Of a stretch of DNA of 31,387 nt, positions 11,101 to 19,352 are shown one piece after another. The notes beneath the pieces are model-generated. The model saw nothing but the letters and a program-made list of their open reading frames with translations, was not told where the DNA came from and made no database searches. Every line of letters starts with the position of its first letter. Position 1 is the first letter of the stretch. This DNA is from Methanothrix sp. (GTDB taxonomy: Archaea > Halobacteriota > Methanosarcinia > Methanotrichales > Methanotrichaceae). The stretch is from positions 1 through 31,387 of the forward strand of contig JBAXWY010000031.1 of assembly GCA_037128175.1 (NCBI GenBank), read 5' to 3'. A program made the position numbers and the translations under genes.

Positions 11101-13871
11101 TGGCGCACCAGCTCTTGAGGGCCCATGCTTACTGGCGCATGATGGGGCTGGCAGTGGATCTAGTGATCTGGAACGAAGACAGCTCTGGATACAGACAGCA
11201 TCTCCAGGACGATATTATGGGCCTGATTTCCTCTTGCACACAAGCCTGCACTCTGGACCGGCCGGGCGGCGTATTTGTTTTGCATACGGATCAGATCTCT
11301 GATGAGGCCAGGATCCTGGTACAGGCCGTGGCCAAAGCCATCTTCACAGATGACCAGGGAACTTTTGAGGATCAGCTCGAACGCAAGAGTGGACTCTCTG
11401 GCACCGTTCCTCTTTTAAAGCAAAAAAAGGCTGTTCGGGTCGAGAACTACGAGGCGGCTACGTCTACCGGCCGGGATCTGATCTTCTTCAATGGTCTTGG
11501 CGGGTTCACAAAGGACGGGCGTGAGTACATAATCCGGGTTGCTCCTGGACAAGCAACCCCAGCTCCTTGGTCGAATGTGATCTCAAACCCCAATTTCGGG
11601 ACTGTAATCTCGGAGAGCGGCGGAGCATACACGTGGGGCGAGAACTCACAGCAGTTCCGCCTCACTCCATGGTATAACGATCCGGTGAGCGATACCAGCG
11701 GCGAGGCTCTGTACATTCGAGATGAGGAGAGCGGAGCGTTCTGGTCGCCCACGGCATTGCCCGCCCGCGGCAAGACGCCTTACACCTGCAGGCACGGGTT
11801 CGGCTACAGCGTTTTCGAGCACAAAGAGAGTGGGATTTTGTCCGAGCTGTGGGTATATGTGGCAATAGACGCACCCATAAAGTTTTGCAGGCTCTTGGTC
11901 CGCAATGAGTCTGGCGTGTCCCGCAGGCTATCTGTGACCAGCTACATCGAGCTGGTGCTGGGAGAAACGCATTCTAAGACGGGGATGCACATTACCACAG
12001 AGATAGATCCCAGGACCGGGGCCCTCTTTGCCAGAAATGCGTACAACACGGATTTTCCCGGAAGGATAGTCTTCATGGATGTTAACGAGGAAGTGAGCAG
12101 CTTCTCTGGGGACAGGACCGAGTTCCTTGGCCGAAATGGCCAGAATGCTCGCCCTGCCGCCCTGGCGCGTGAAAGGCTCTCCAACAGAGTTGGCGCGGCC
12201 ATGGACCCATGCGCAGCCATGCAGGTCGTGATCGATCTGGCAGACGGGCAGGAGCGCGAGATCGTCTTCACGTTTGGCATTGGACGGGATACGAGCGACG
12301 CTCGCAGCTTAATTTTGCGTTTTCGCGGATCAGGTCCTGCAAGAAGTGCTCTTGAGGCTGTGTGGAGCTACTGGAACCGGACTCTAGGCGCGGTGCACGT
12401 GGAGACACCGGATAAGGCCATCAATGTACTTACGAACGGCTGGCTTCTCTACCAGACGTTAGCCTGCCGCATCTGGGCGCGCAGCGGATACTATCAGTCA
12501 AGCGGAGCATTCGGCTTTCGAGATCAACTGCAAGATGTTATGGCTCTGATATACACAAAGCCGCAATTAGTCAGGGAACATCTCCTGCGATGTGCGGCCC
12601 ACCAGTTCCAGGAGGGAGACGTTTTGCACTGGTGGCATCCACCCTCTGGACGCGGTGCGCGCACTCACAGCTCCGATGATTACCTCTGGCTGCCGCTGGC
12701 GGCTCACCGATACGTAACAGCTACTGGAGACACCGGCGTGCTTGACGAGCGCATCAAATTCATTGAGGGCAGGCTCGTAAAACCTGATGAAGAGGCTTAT
12801 TATGACCTTCCCACGAGGTCAGAGGAGTCCGGCACCCTTTACGAGCACTGTGTCAGGGCCATCAGGAAAGGTCTTTCGTTTGGCCAGCACGGCCTGCCCC
12901 TCATGGGTTCTGGAGACTGGAACGACAGCATGAACCGCGTGGGCTATCAGGGCAGAGGCGAGAGTGTCTGGCTGGCCTTCTTCCAGTACCATGTGCTTAA
13001 CAAGTTCTCTGAGATTGCCCTTCTATGTGGCGATGCAGCTTTTGCAGATCAATGCCGCAGCGAGTCCTCCAATCTGCGCCAGAAGATCCAAGAGTTCGGA
13101 TGGGATGGCCATTGGTACCTGCGTGCCTATTTCGATAACGGAGAGACCCTTGGGTCCGCTGGCAATGCGGAGTGCCAGATCGATTCTATCTCCCAGAGCT
13201 GGTCTGTTCTATCCGGCGGCGGAGATCCAGAGAGATCGAAGAATGCTATGGAGGAAGTGGATCGCCTTCTGGTCAATAGAGATGCCTCGATGATACAGCT
13301 CCTGGGGCCGCCCTTCGATAAGTCCGGCTCCGATCCCGGCTATATCAAAGGCTACGTTCCGGGAGTGAGAGAGAATGGCGGGCAGTATACCCATGCGGCT
13401 ATTTGGGTGATTATGGCTTTTGCTGCCATGGGCGACAGCAACCGGGCATGGGAGCTATTGTCTATTATCAACCCTGTAAACCATGGCTCGACCCCGGAGG
13501 AGGTAGCGATCTACATGGCAGAGCCATACGTCGTTGCAGCAGATGTCTATGCACTCCCGCCGCACACCGGGCGCGGCGGATGGACCTGGTACACCGGAGC
13601 TGCAGGCTGGATGTATCGCCTCATAGTAGAATCGCTGCTTGGATTGAGGCTGGACGTTGACAAGCTACGTTTTACCCCCTGTCTTCCTGATGATTGGAAG
13701 TCGTATCGCTTGCATTACCGCTACCGCGAGACATTCTACCACATCACGGTTATGCGGGCGGGGGCAGCGCAAAGCGTGACGGTTGACGGCCTGGTGCAGA
13801 GCGACGGGTCGGTTCACTTGGTCGATGATCAAAGGGAGCATTTCGTGGAGGTGACTTCCTCTCCACCCTAA
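5103..13871 (+). CDS. ndvB: Cyclic beta-1,2-glucan synthase (GT84 + cyclising glucanase/transglycosylase + GH94 phosphorylase domains)
   Basis: 2922 aa. GT84 motifs GYERKRG, TVDEDT, FTGKGIYDVDAF, SHDLLEG, RRHRWIRGDWQ with flanking TM helices. Middle domain LPPDNYQE, STVDSGNL, YDLLASEARL, SWGGTMFEYLMP, PWGISESGY. GH94 motifs GAFGFRDQLQD, GDWND, ENGGQYTH, WTWYTGAAGW. Confidence 0.95.
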   Translation: MILSQNQVHRTINRIKARLDNNAFLSQYSSEQPLRSELFSTDQLVRHAEALAEQHEVDPIPGKDRLLPRLAENEVILLQAYELLTEAAASNLRIPPASVWLLDNFYKIEEQIRLAKRHLPKGYSKELPHLQRGPLAGYPRIYDLVRELLLHTDGRVDAESLKSIVDAYQTITVLNLGELWAVAIMLRLALIENMRCISLRIAKSRIDRNLAGYWADQVILAAETKSKSMIVVVADLAGFDPPMSSAFVAEFARRLEGQGHALALPLLWIEERLSEKGKTIGHMVQEDIQQEAADKISISNSIGSFRFLESMDWRKFVEGTSAVEKALHLDPVGTYSRMDFATRDRYRHTVERIARYSLHSEEEIALLAVKLAQESVESKGSEDRSAHVGFYLIDKGLPELERTAGMSLSLMESLSRTIYQFPLLCYLGAITLVTALTTATVLGQAHGLGSGGWMLVLASIFLVICISSPAVGLVNWLATMLVMPHALPRMDFSSGIPEEQRTLVVVPSVLTSPEKVIDLLEALEVRYLANRDINLHFGLLTDLCDAEQEVVPEDEHLLIMARQGVEALNEKYPDDIFFLFPRQRMCDPKEEIWRGYERKRGILGELNSLLRGGSENSFSIITGDVSILPGMKYVITVDEDTRMPYDSARRLVETIAHPLNCPRFDEHKQYVAEGYSILHPRLSSGMPEADRSRFVRLFGGEPGIDPYTREVSDVYQDIFGEGSFTGKGIYDVDAFSQSLGGRFPDNRILSHDLLEGSYARAALVSDVQFYEDYPYRYTTDVGRRHRWIRGDWQIASWLLMRVPGPGGMVMDNPISGLSRWKILDNLRRSLVNPAQILLLLLAWLLLLQPSFWTAVVVGAVLAPSVLACIRVILNKSAELPLDQHLYSAGRAIVRYLAQAGLSLTFLPYEAFFSLDAVLRAGWRMLFTHKLLLEWNSSSSSKSNGKSDLAGIYQSMWIAPAVAIAMASYLSFWRPDVLYVVWPLLVSWSLAPAVAWWISLPLDTPKAKLDEDQTIFLRKLSRKTWKFFETFVGPISHWLPPDNYQENPRSVVANGTSPTNMGLSLLANLAAYDFGYISAGKLIERTAGSLQTMKLLERFQGHFYNWYDITLLEPMQPKYISTVDSGNLAGHLLTLEQGLLELPDQKILAHQVFDGLTDTLFIILDNSEKKIMPMQVQDQIRQFKNELLSPPSTLLAAWMLLDKQARAVTGIIDSLGPNVDESVKSWLQAYELQIRDHSDDLMQTAPWLMLPLWVIIHPIKEDVLTPNFAEEARRMDELHTKLLKLDSIPSLQEVPKMAMKLKPMIDEILSSLQSGEEREWLLSLKQMITQAGERAAQRITSIEKLAHDCGELAEIRYDLLFDKSRRLLAVGYNVDDLRRDESCYDLLASEARLSSFVAIAQGSLKQDHWFALGRMLTIAGGELALLSWGGTMFEYLMPQLIMPTYENTLLSQTYRAIVRRQIEYGEQRGVPWGISESGYNMTDVNLIYQYRAFGAPGLGFKRGLIEDLVIAPYASALALMVEPAEACTNLQRMAAEGNLGRYGFYEAIDYTSSRLSRDETSATVLSFMAHHQGMSFLSLAYVLLDRPMQRRFMANPIFQAADLLLQERVPNALPFYPHASEVSAAIWRAGMLDRSESLRVIDDPNTPRPEVHLLSNGRYSVMVSGSGGGYSKWKDIAVTRWHGDPTRDNEGMFFYIRDLDSGEVWSAGYQPVLKDFETYQAIFRGSMAEFWSRVSDIDTYAEVVVSPEDDVELRSISVTNRSMRMRRIELTSYAEVVLTTPSADATHPSFSNLFVETKIVRKRSAILCTRRPRSKDERTPWMLHLIAAEKIEVDEVSYETDRMKFIGRGRTAADPMALTGSSKLSDSEGSVLDPIVAIRCVVTINPGETSRVNFITGIAETRAAAIELIDKYHDVRMADRVYDLAWTHNQMIMQQLNIAEADIQLYERLVSAILYTSPTWRASPSVLLSNHSGQSGLWAYRISGDYPIVLLRIGDRSYVELAHQLLRAHAYWRMMGLAVDLVIWNEDSSGYRQHLQDDIMGLISSCTQACTLDRPGGVFVLHTDQISDEARILVQAVAKAIFTDDQGTFEDQLERKSGLSGTVPLLKQKKAVRVENYEAATSTGRDLIFFNGLGGFTKDGREYIIRVAPGQATPAPWSNVISNPNFGTVISESGGAYTWGENSQQFRLTPWYNDPVSDTSGEALYIRDEESGAFWSPTALPARGKTPYTCRHGFGYSVFEHKESGILSELWVYVAIDAPIKFCRLLVRNESGVSRRLSVTSYIELVLGETHSKTGMHITTEIDPRTGALFARNAYNTDFPGRIVFMDVNEEVSSFSGDRTEFLGRNGQNARPAALARERLSNRVGAAMDPCAAMQVVIDLADGQEREIVFTFGIGRDTSDARSLILRFRGSGPARSALEAVWSYWNRTLGAVHVETPDKAINVLTNGWLLYQTLACRIWARSGYYQSSGAFGFRDQLQDVMALIYTKPQLVREHLLRCAAHQFQEGDVLHWWHPPSGRGARTHSSDDYLWLPLAAHRYVTATGDTGVLDERIKFIEGRLVKPDEEAYYDLPTRSEESGTLYEHCVRAIRKGLSFGQHGLPLMGSGDWNDSMNRVGYQGRGESVWLAFFQYHVLNKFSEIALLCGDAAFADQCRSESSNLRQKIQEFGWDGHWYLRAYFDNGETLGSAGNAECQIDSISQSWSVLSGGGDPERSKNAMEEVDRLLVNRDASMIQLLGPPFDKSGSDPGYIKGYVPGVRENGGQYTHAAIWVIMAFAAMGDSNRAWELLSIINPVNHGSTPEEVAIYMAEPYVVAADVYALPPHTGRGGWTWYTGAAGWMYRLIVESLLGLRLDVDKLRFTPCLPDDWKSYRLHYRYRETFYHITVMRAGAAQSVTVDGLVQSDGSVHLVDDQREHFVEVTSSPP

Positions 13872-13918
13872 AGGGATGGGGTATGCTTCGGGCCGCCCGC
13901 CCTCACGCCCGGTTTTAT
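13851..13918 (-). mobile_element. Tiny IS200/IS605-derived palindromic mini-element overlapping the 3' end of ndvB
   Basis: Minus strand ...GAAGCATACCCCATCCCTTTAGGGTGGAGAGGAAGTCAC has the same CCCCATC(C)TTTAGGGTGG hairpin as the IS ends at ~414 and ~26555, and ends in TCAC. The far boundary is approximate. Confidence 0.65.
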
Positions 13919-14033
13919 GGAATCCAGAAATCGTCGAGCTTTCGTGACCCTCCCCATCTCTTGATGGCAGGAAAGACGCCGCCCCTCACTTTCGCCTCGC
14001 CCCCATATCCTCGCAGCCATCCATATCTTATCA

Positions 14034-14130
14034 TGGATATCGAACTCCTCCCCACCGTCTCCCTGGCTCCCGAGACCAACAGCCTCCTCATCGCCCCCGT
14101 GGAGCTGCTGGCCGATGCCCTCAGGCAGAC
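14034..14130 (+). pseudogene. N-terminal fragment of the inactive RecA/RadA-like accessory protein found next to PolB2-type polymerases
   Basis: MDIELLPTVSLAPETNSLLIAPVELLADAL resembles, from recall, the Methanothrix protein starting MDxELxPxxxL..FNxLxAP. Truncated at the hydrolase stop codon. Confidence 0.5.
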
Positions 14131-14985
14131 TTATTTATCCAAAGGTGACTCATCCATACCCAGGAAAGCAAGCGCATTCTCCCCATATTCGACGGGTGCA
14201 TAATGGGACCCGACATGCGGCAGTCCCTTGAAGCGCACGAGCCATGAGCCATTGATCTGCCCGGCCATTTGGACGGAAACCGGATCGGGAGTCATGACAT
14301 CATTGGTGCCCACAACCAGCATGACATCCTTCTTAATGCTGGAAAGGCCATCGTAGGACCCGTTCCAGGCAAGGTTTGCCCTTGCCTCTTCATGGATGCC
14401 CTCAGACATTGTGGAATTGTTGGCAGCTGCTTCAATGAATCCTCGAAGTATTTTGGTTTCTGGAATCCTGATGCTGTATGTGCTTGAATCCAGAACCAGT
14501 TTTTGTACGCTTTCTGGGTGATCTATGGCCAGTTGCTGGGATACTGAAGATCCCATGGAGACCCCGTATACATTCATGCTGCCATAGCCGAGAGCAGTCA
14601 TCAGCCCAGCAGCGTCATCTGCGTACTGGGCAATAGAAGGTGTCGCATTATTGTCACTGCTGTATCCCATCCCCCGGTAGTCATAGGTATAGACATGGTA
14701 TTTCGTGGCAAGGATGCCAATGAAGGTCTGGTTCCAGCCATTCATGGTGCCTCCGAATCCCGTGACCATCAAGAGCGGTTCACCGGATCCGAACTCACGG
14801 TATCCCAGCGTAACCCCGTTGACATGTGCATACTGGACGGGTGTGTCGTTGAACGATACGGCTTGAGATAGATCAACTGTCTGACTTGCGGCCAAGCCGG
14901 TGCTGGAGATACCCATAAACCCCGCCGTGGCGAGGAGGCAGATTGTGACGGCTATTACCAGGGTATAAATCTGTGTCTTGCTCAT
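14131..14985 (-). CDS. Secreted or membrane-anchored alpha/beta hydrolase
   Basis: N-terminal hydrophobic signal, DYRGMGYS, nucleophile elbow GVSMG, Asp in GTNDV, His in GLPHVG. Confidence 0.9.
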   Translation of the reverse strand: MSKTQIYTLVIAVTICLLATAGFMGISSTGLAASQTVDLSQAVSFNDTPVQYAHVNGVTLGYREFGSGEPLLMVTGFGGTMNGWNQTFIGILATKYHVYTYDYRGMGYSSDNNATPSIAQYADDAAGLMTALGYGSMNVYGVSMGSSVSQQLAIDHPESVQKLVLDSSTYSIRIPETKILRGFIEAAANNSTMSEGIHEEARANLAWNGSYDGLSSIKKDVMLVVGTNDVMTPDPVSVQMAGQINGSWLVRFKGLPHVGSHYAPVEYGENALAFLGMDESPLDK

Positions 14986-15818
14986 GGAAAATCCTCATAA
15001 CCGATTAACCGTTACGAAAACCGGGTTGTGACTCTATTGGGCCAACCCTTAAAATAATTAACTCCTGTTTTGGGGACCATAAATCCGTCTTTTTTTGGCT
15101 GCCCGATTGCTTCACAGTTTATTCAAATATTATGCACTGAAGTGTGGTGTTATCCATATTTCAATGATCGCGAAAAACCAGCATTGGGCAATTGTCTATA
15201 TATCATTCCATAGTATCCTGGAATGGATAAAGAGCCTGAGAATAGAGCGATAATGCAGTGATGTTTTAGGCGAGTCAAGCACCGATCCACAGTGCCCTTC
15301 TCAAAGGGACCAACCACCGTAGTGGCGGCCTTGAGCCCGCCCTGCGCCATCACACAGGCAACGGCGAGGCAGCACCGGATTTTGACACAGCGCCCTTCTT
15401 ACGGGGACACATCATCAGAGATGAAGAGCCTGCTCCCGCTTCGCCTGCACACATTTCGATTCTTGCCGCGCTCATACAAGAACTGAAACGAGGTACGCCA
15501 GATTCTCGCATTCGCCGAAGACTTCGCAATTAAGCGAGGTGCCCAATTATAGGAGCTTAATCGGCTACAGTCTTATCTCGCGGCAAGCTACCTGTCTAAT
15601 CGTCATAGATAATACAGTTTTCGGATGAAATGGACTTGGCTCTGGTTGTGCATTGATCACAGGCACATGGCGCGACTCTCGTAACCAGGGGCAGTTCTCC
15701 CGCAAGAGCCCGACACCCGGAGGCGGGAGACCGATGCCGCCCGTCTGAGGGGGGCGCAGGCCAGGAAGCCGCAAGAATCCGCAGGGCGCTTGCATTCGCT
15801 ACCGCCCGGCCTTGACCA

Positions 15819-15940
15819 CAGGCCCTCAAGCAGACCTCCAGGGAGGCTACCATCCTGCTCTACGCGCCGGCGCTGGACCCCCCTACCTGCAAAAGATAAC
15901 CGAGCTGGCTAACCTGGGTGTTCTGCATCTACAGTGAGCA
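15819..15940 (+). pseudogene. C-terminal fragment of the same PolB2-associated accessory protein (frameshifted)
   Basis: QALKQTSREATILLYAPALDP / YLQKITELAN / VFCIYSEQ read across frameshifts. Confidence 0.5.
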
Positions 15941-16179
15941 AGCCGCGCGAAGGGAGGCGACAGGCCAGGCCGATCGAGCCCAGCCGATGTCTGCGGTCAG
16001 CCTACTGGCTGGTCTTGCTCCTTAATTTCTCCTGCATTTCCGGAGTCAATTGTTTGACAAGCTCTGCATTGTACGAACCCGTAGGCGCTACCGCTAACGG
16101 ATTGTTGAATAGCTCCTGAGACGCGATCGCACAGCGCATTCGCGAGCTGGTGGGCGGGGACTACAAGTGGTAAGCGACC

Positions 16180-16650
16180 TCATCGCATATGCAGGACGGT
16201 CAGAATTATGTGCTCCAGCTCCTCTTGGGGATAATTGCCCACCTGCTTATATACGAGAGTGCCGTTTTCGAAGACAAGCAGGGTTGGAGTTCTTGATACC
16301 CCATACTTGCTCATAGTTATGGGATTTCGATCGATACATAGCTTGCCGAATACGATCCGGCCCTTAAAATCCTCTGCCATCTGGTTAATCTTTGGCTCGA
16401 TAAGCTGGCAGGGCCGGCAGCCTATCTCCCAGCAGTCCAAAACAAAAGGCGAGTAGATCTTGAGCGCCTCGTCCAGGCCACCGTCATTCACGACAACGGG
16501 AGACTCTGGAAACATCCGTGCCAGCCCGGAGGCGTTGACATTCATCTGTCCCTCCGGGCTCGTAAGGCAGTCTCCCGTCATCGCTAGAGGCAGCATACTT
16601 ATGAGTGCAAGGGCCATTAATGTTGCTTTTCTATTAATTGAGTTCATCAT
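16180..16650 (-). CDS. Exported thioredoxin family protein
   Basis: Signal-like N-terminus after a GGGAGG RBS, WEIGCRPC active site, cis-Pro motif RTPTLLVF. Confidence 0.88.
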   Translation of the reverse strand: MMNSINRKATLMALALISMLPLAMTGDCLTSPEGQMNVNASGLARMFPESPVVVNDGGLDEALKIYSPFVLDCWEIGCRPCQLIEPKINQMAEDFKGRIVFGKLCIDRNPITMSKYGVSRTPTLLVFENGTLVYKQVGNYPQEELEHIILTVLHMR

Positions 16651-16704
16651 TTCAGGTTCCTCCCAGGCTTTTGCCTTGTATACAAGGATCACAGATATAT
16701 CCTA

Positions 16705-16830
16705 AACTGCGTGGACGCCTTCATCTCCCTGGCCCTCTGCCTGGCCGCCTCGCCATCCATCTTTCTGGCGCTACCCGCGGCGTCGCGTCTTGCCTCCCTC
16801 GCGCCAGGAGATTCGAAGCTGCCATAGTAA
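16705..16830 (-). pseudogene. Degenerate fragment of the 'SWREGGKTR...KMDGEAARQRAREMKA' small basic protein
   Basis: Nucleotide and peptide similarity to 20126-20270. Confidence 0.65.
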
Positions 16831-16860
16831 GGCTGCTGCTGCTGCGCATGTACATCTAAA

Positions 16861-17748
16861 CTAAAACTCCCCGAGCGTGTATTGATCCTGTAGCTGGATC
16901 TCCTTTGACTTGTGCTCTATCGAAAGCATGTCCATCAACAGAAAGGCGTTCCTCACAGACTTGGACCTTGCATGGTTGTTGAAGTACACCCTCGCCTTGG
17001 CGGCCTTCAGCTCGGCCTCCTTGATAAAAGGCACCCAGGACTCAAGCTGCTCCTTCTTGTAGAGATAGTCATATCTATTCAGCCTGTGGTCGTCCTCCTT
17101 CTCACCCCTGTACCAGATATCGTAGTTCCGGCCATGGAAGCGCACGTAGGCATGATCTGCAGTCTGCTTCGTGCCCGCATGTTGCCCAGGGCCATCGATC
17201 AGGACGTTGGCGACATTCCTCTCCCTCAGAGCCTCCAGCGTTGCAGGATCTATCTCCTTGCGGCTCTCGTCCAGCCAACTCCTGTGCCGAAACTCCACGG
17301 CATAGTTGTACTCTTCATGAGAAACGGCATCCAGAACACCTTTCAGCGTGGCGAGAGCGGAGCCATCGTTCTTGAAGTAGGGGGAGAGCTGTAGCAGCAC
17401 GCTGCCCAAATGGCCTGCTTCTGCCAGGGGCTTCACGCAGGTCTTCTCAAAAGAGGTAGCCCAGAAGATGGCCTTCTCCAAATCTCCCTCCACGAGCGCC
17501 TTGTGAGTGACGAGCTGGGGCACTTTGACGGAATACTCAAAGCCCTTCAAATCCCTGGCCTTCTTTATCCAGGACTGGACCTTTAGCTCGCCTGGAGGCC
17601 GGTAGAATGTGCTGTTGATCTCCACGGTGTTGAAGAATTGGGCATAGTAAGAGAACCAATCGCCCTTCCTTTTGGCCAGCTCCATTGGGTAGAATTTCCC
17701 CACCCAATCATCGTAAGACCAGCCGCTGCAGCCCACCATGATTGTCAT
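16861..17748 (-). CDS. DUF72 domain protein (TIM-barrel, endonuclease IV-like)
   Basis: GCSGWSYDDWVGKFYP, TVEINSTFYRPP, AVEFRHRSW, YVRFHGRN, YFNNH. Confidence 0.95.
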   Translation of the reverse strand: MTIMVGCSGWSYDDWVGKFYPMELAKRKGDWFSYYAQFFNTVEINSTFYRPPGELKVQSWIKKARDLKGFEYSVKVPQLVTHKALVEGDLEKAIFWATSFEKTCVKPLAEAGHLGSVLLQLSPYFKNDGSALATLKGVLDAVSHEEYNYAVEFRHRSWLDESRKEIDPATLEALRERNVANVLIDGPGQHAGTKQTADHAYVRFHGRNYDIWYRGEKEDDHRLNRYDYLYKKEQLESWVPFIKEAELKAAKARVYFNNHARSKSVRNAFLLMDMLSIEHKSKEIQLQDQYTLGEF

Positions 17749-18161
17749 CGTGTATCTCTTAAATCCAGATCTTTGAGAATGAACTTTGGATCAAAATTTA
17801 CATCCCAGCTCTTTCGCCTTAGTAAATGCCGATTCAGCTTCAGAGTCTCGATGAAGTTTCTGAAGGCCGATGCCTTTGCCATACCAGGCTTCACCATCAT
17901 TTTTGTTAATCTCAATCGTCTTATCAAAGTCCTTAATTGCCTCATCGTCTTTACCCAATAGACCAAGAGCAGAGCCTTTTCCTTTCCAGGCAAGGGCATT
18001 TCGTGGATTTATCCTAATGGCCTCTTCATAACACTTGATCGCTTCGTCGCGTTGGCCTAATCCACTGAGAGAAAGGCCTTTCATAGTCCATGTATTCGAA
18101 TCTTGAGAATTTATCTTGATAGCGTTGTCATAACATTCGATCGCATCTTCGTATTTGCCTA

Positions 18162-18867
18162 GTGAAACGGCGGCGGCGCACCCACGCGCAGCAAGCTGCG
18201 GGGCATCCAAGGCGCCGCCGCATGAAAATGGAACCCGGTAGGGCTGATCCAAGCCTGAGCTGAATATGCGTGCCCTTTAAAACTTGATGCAGGTTGCGAG
18301 GTATGTTCACTCCATCTGCGATCAGCCGAAATCCAGCAAGTTCATCTGTTTATGGGTTTCCTTTTCTTCTGGGGTTCCTTGCGTTTCAACATAATTACGT
18401 ATTGTGTCGGCCATAACTCCATCGCCTACCGTTCCGATATACCCGCCATCACTCCAAAATTCGCCTCCCCAAAGCTGTGTTTCCTTACTTCGGGAAATTT
18501 CCTAAAAAACTCTCGAGCGGTTATGCTTTTTATTATTTGCATCACTTTTGAAGACGAATACCTCGGCGCAGCTCCAACAAAAAAATGAACGTGATCTCCA
18601 TCCGTTCCTATGGCATCAAAATCGAACCAATATCTCTTACCGATTTCTGAACAAATATATTTAATATAATTGATACGATCATCATCTAAAAGCAGCTTTC
18701 TTCTATATTTTAGGCTGAAAACCATGTGATATCGAATCTTATAGACACAATGGCTCGCATTTCTTACCTCAATCATCTAAATGCACTATATGCACTATAT
18801 GCAGTCTTCCTTAAGTCGGTTTCCTGACCATCCCAACCGCAGCAAGCTGCGGGGTATTCATTTCAAA
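18162..18867 (-). mobile_element. IS200-type element (tnpA only)
   Basis: Both ends carry the hairpin CCCCGCAGCTTGCTGCG. Probable target TTTAT and right end TTTCAC (boundary ambiguous by 1-2 nt). No target duplication. Confidence 0.9.
18322..18776 (-). pseudogene. tnpA: Y1 HUH transposase TnpA with a 2-bp frameshift
   Basis: YHMVFSLKYRR and DHVHF (HUH). AAACACAG near 18478 shifts the frame; the other frame continues LWGGEFWSDGGY...IRNYVETQG (catalytic Tyr) to a stop at 18322. Confidence 0.9.
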
Positions 18868-19109
18868 ATAAATTCAAAGCATGGCCTTTCCCTGTCCAAA
18901 CTAATGCTCGTTTGGGGTCGATCTTGATAACTTTGTCATAGCACTTAATGGCCTCCTTATATTTGCCCAATGCAAAGTATGCATTGCCCTTGTCGAACCA
19001 TTCACCAGTGGAATTCGTCATAACAACTTATTGTCAATGTGATTTAAGAAAAAGCTTTTGAGGTATCGGAAGAACTTGCACATCCTAACCCAAGGCCCGA
19101 AGCGTTGCC

Positions 19110-19277
19110 AGAAGCTACACGGACGAGCTTGTAGAGGCGAATTTCCGGGAGCTGGCCATTCATCGCAGAGTGAGCCGCTTGAGCTATTCCCGCAGGTGTG
19201 CTGAGGCTTCGGCGGTGCAGGCTCACCTGAAGCAGGGCATTCCCCTGGCACCGGGGATGAAGATAGGATATTCCTGA
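19110..19277 (+). pseudogene. C-terminal fragment of a family B (PolB2-type) DNA polymerase
   Basis: Manual translation YTDELVEANFRELAIHRRVSRLSYSRRCAEASAVQAHLKQGIPLAPGMKIGY resembles, from recall, the thumb region of Methanothrix PolB2-like polymerases. Confidence 0.65.
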
Positions 19278-19352
19278 TGAAGGATCTGGCAGCAGTCGCG
19301 AAGGCGGTGGGCATGGGCGCGAAAATAGTAGAAGGCTAGGGTTGCCTTATGA

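Larger units (their letters stand above)
17791..19021 (-). pseudogene. Tetratricopeptide-repeat protein interrupted by an IS200-like element
   Basis: MTNSTGEWFDKGNAYFALGKYKEAIKCYDKVIKIDPKRALVWTGKGHALNL (19021 to ~18868) rejoins LGKYEDAIECYDNAIKIN... (from ~18161) in frame once the IS is removed. Confidence 0.9.

Noticed and set aside
15150-15600. Short ORFs in the intergenic tract
   Set aside because: No recognisable motifs or translation signals in the frames I read.
17791-18252. 153-aa TPR ORF as a stand-alone gene
   Set aside because: Its N-terminal ~30 residues are IS right-end sequence; the real start is at 19021.
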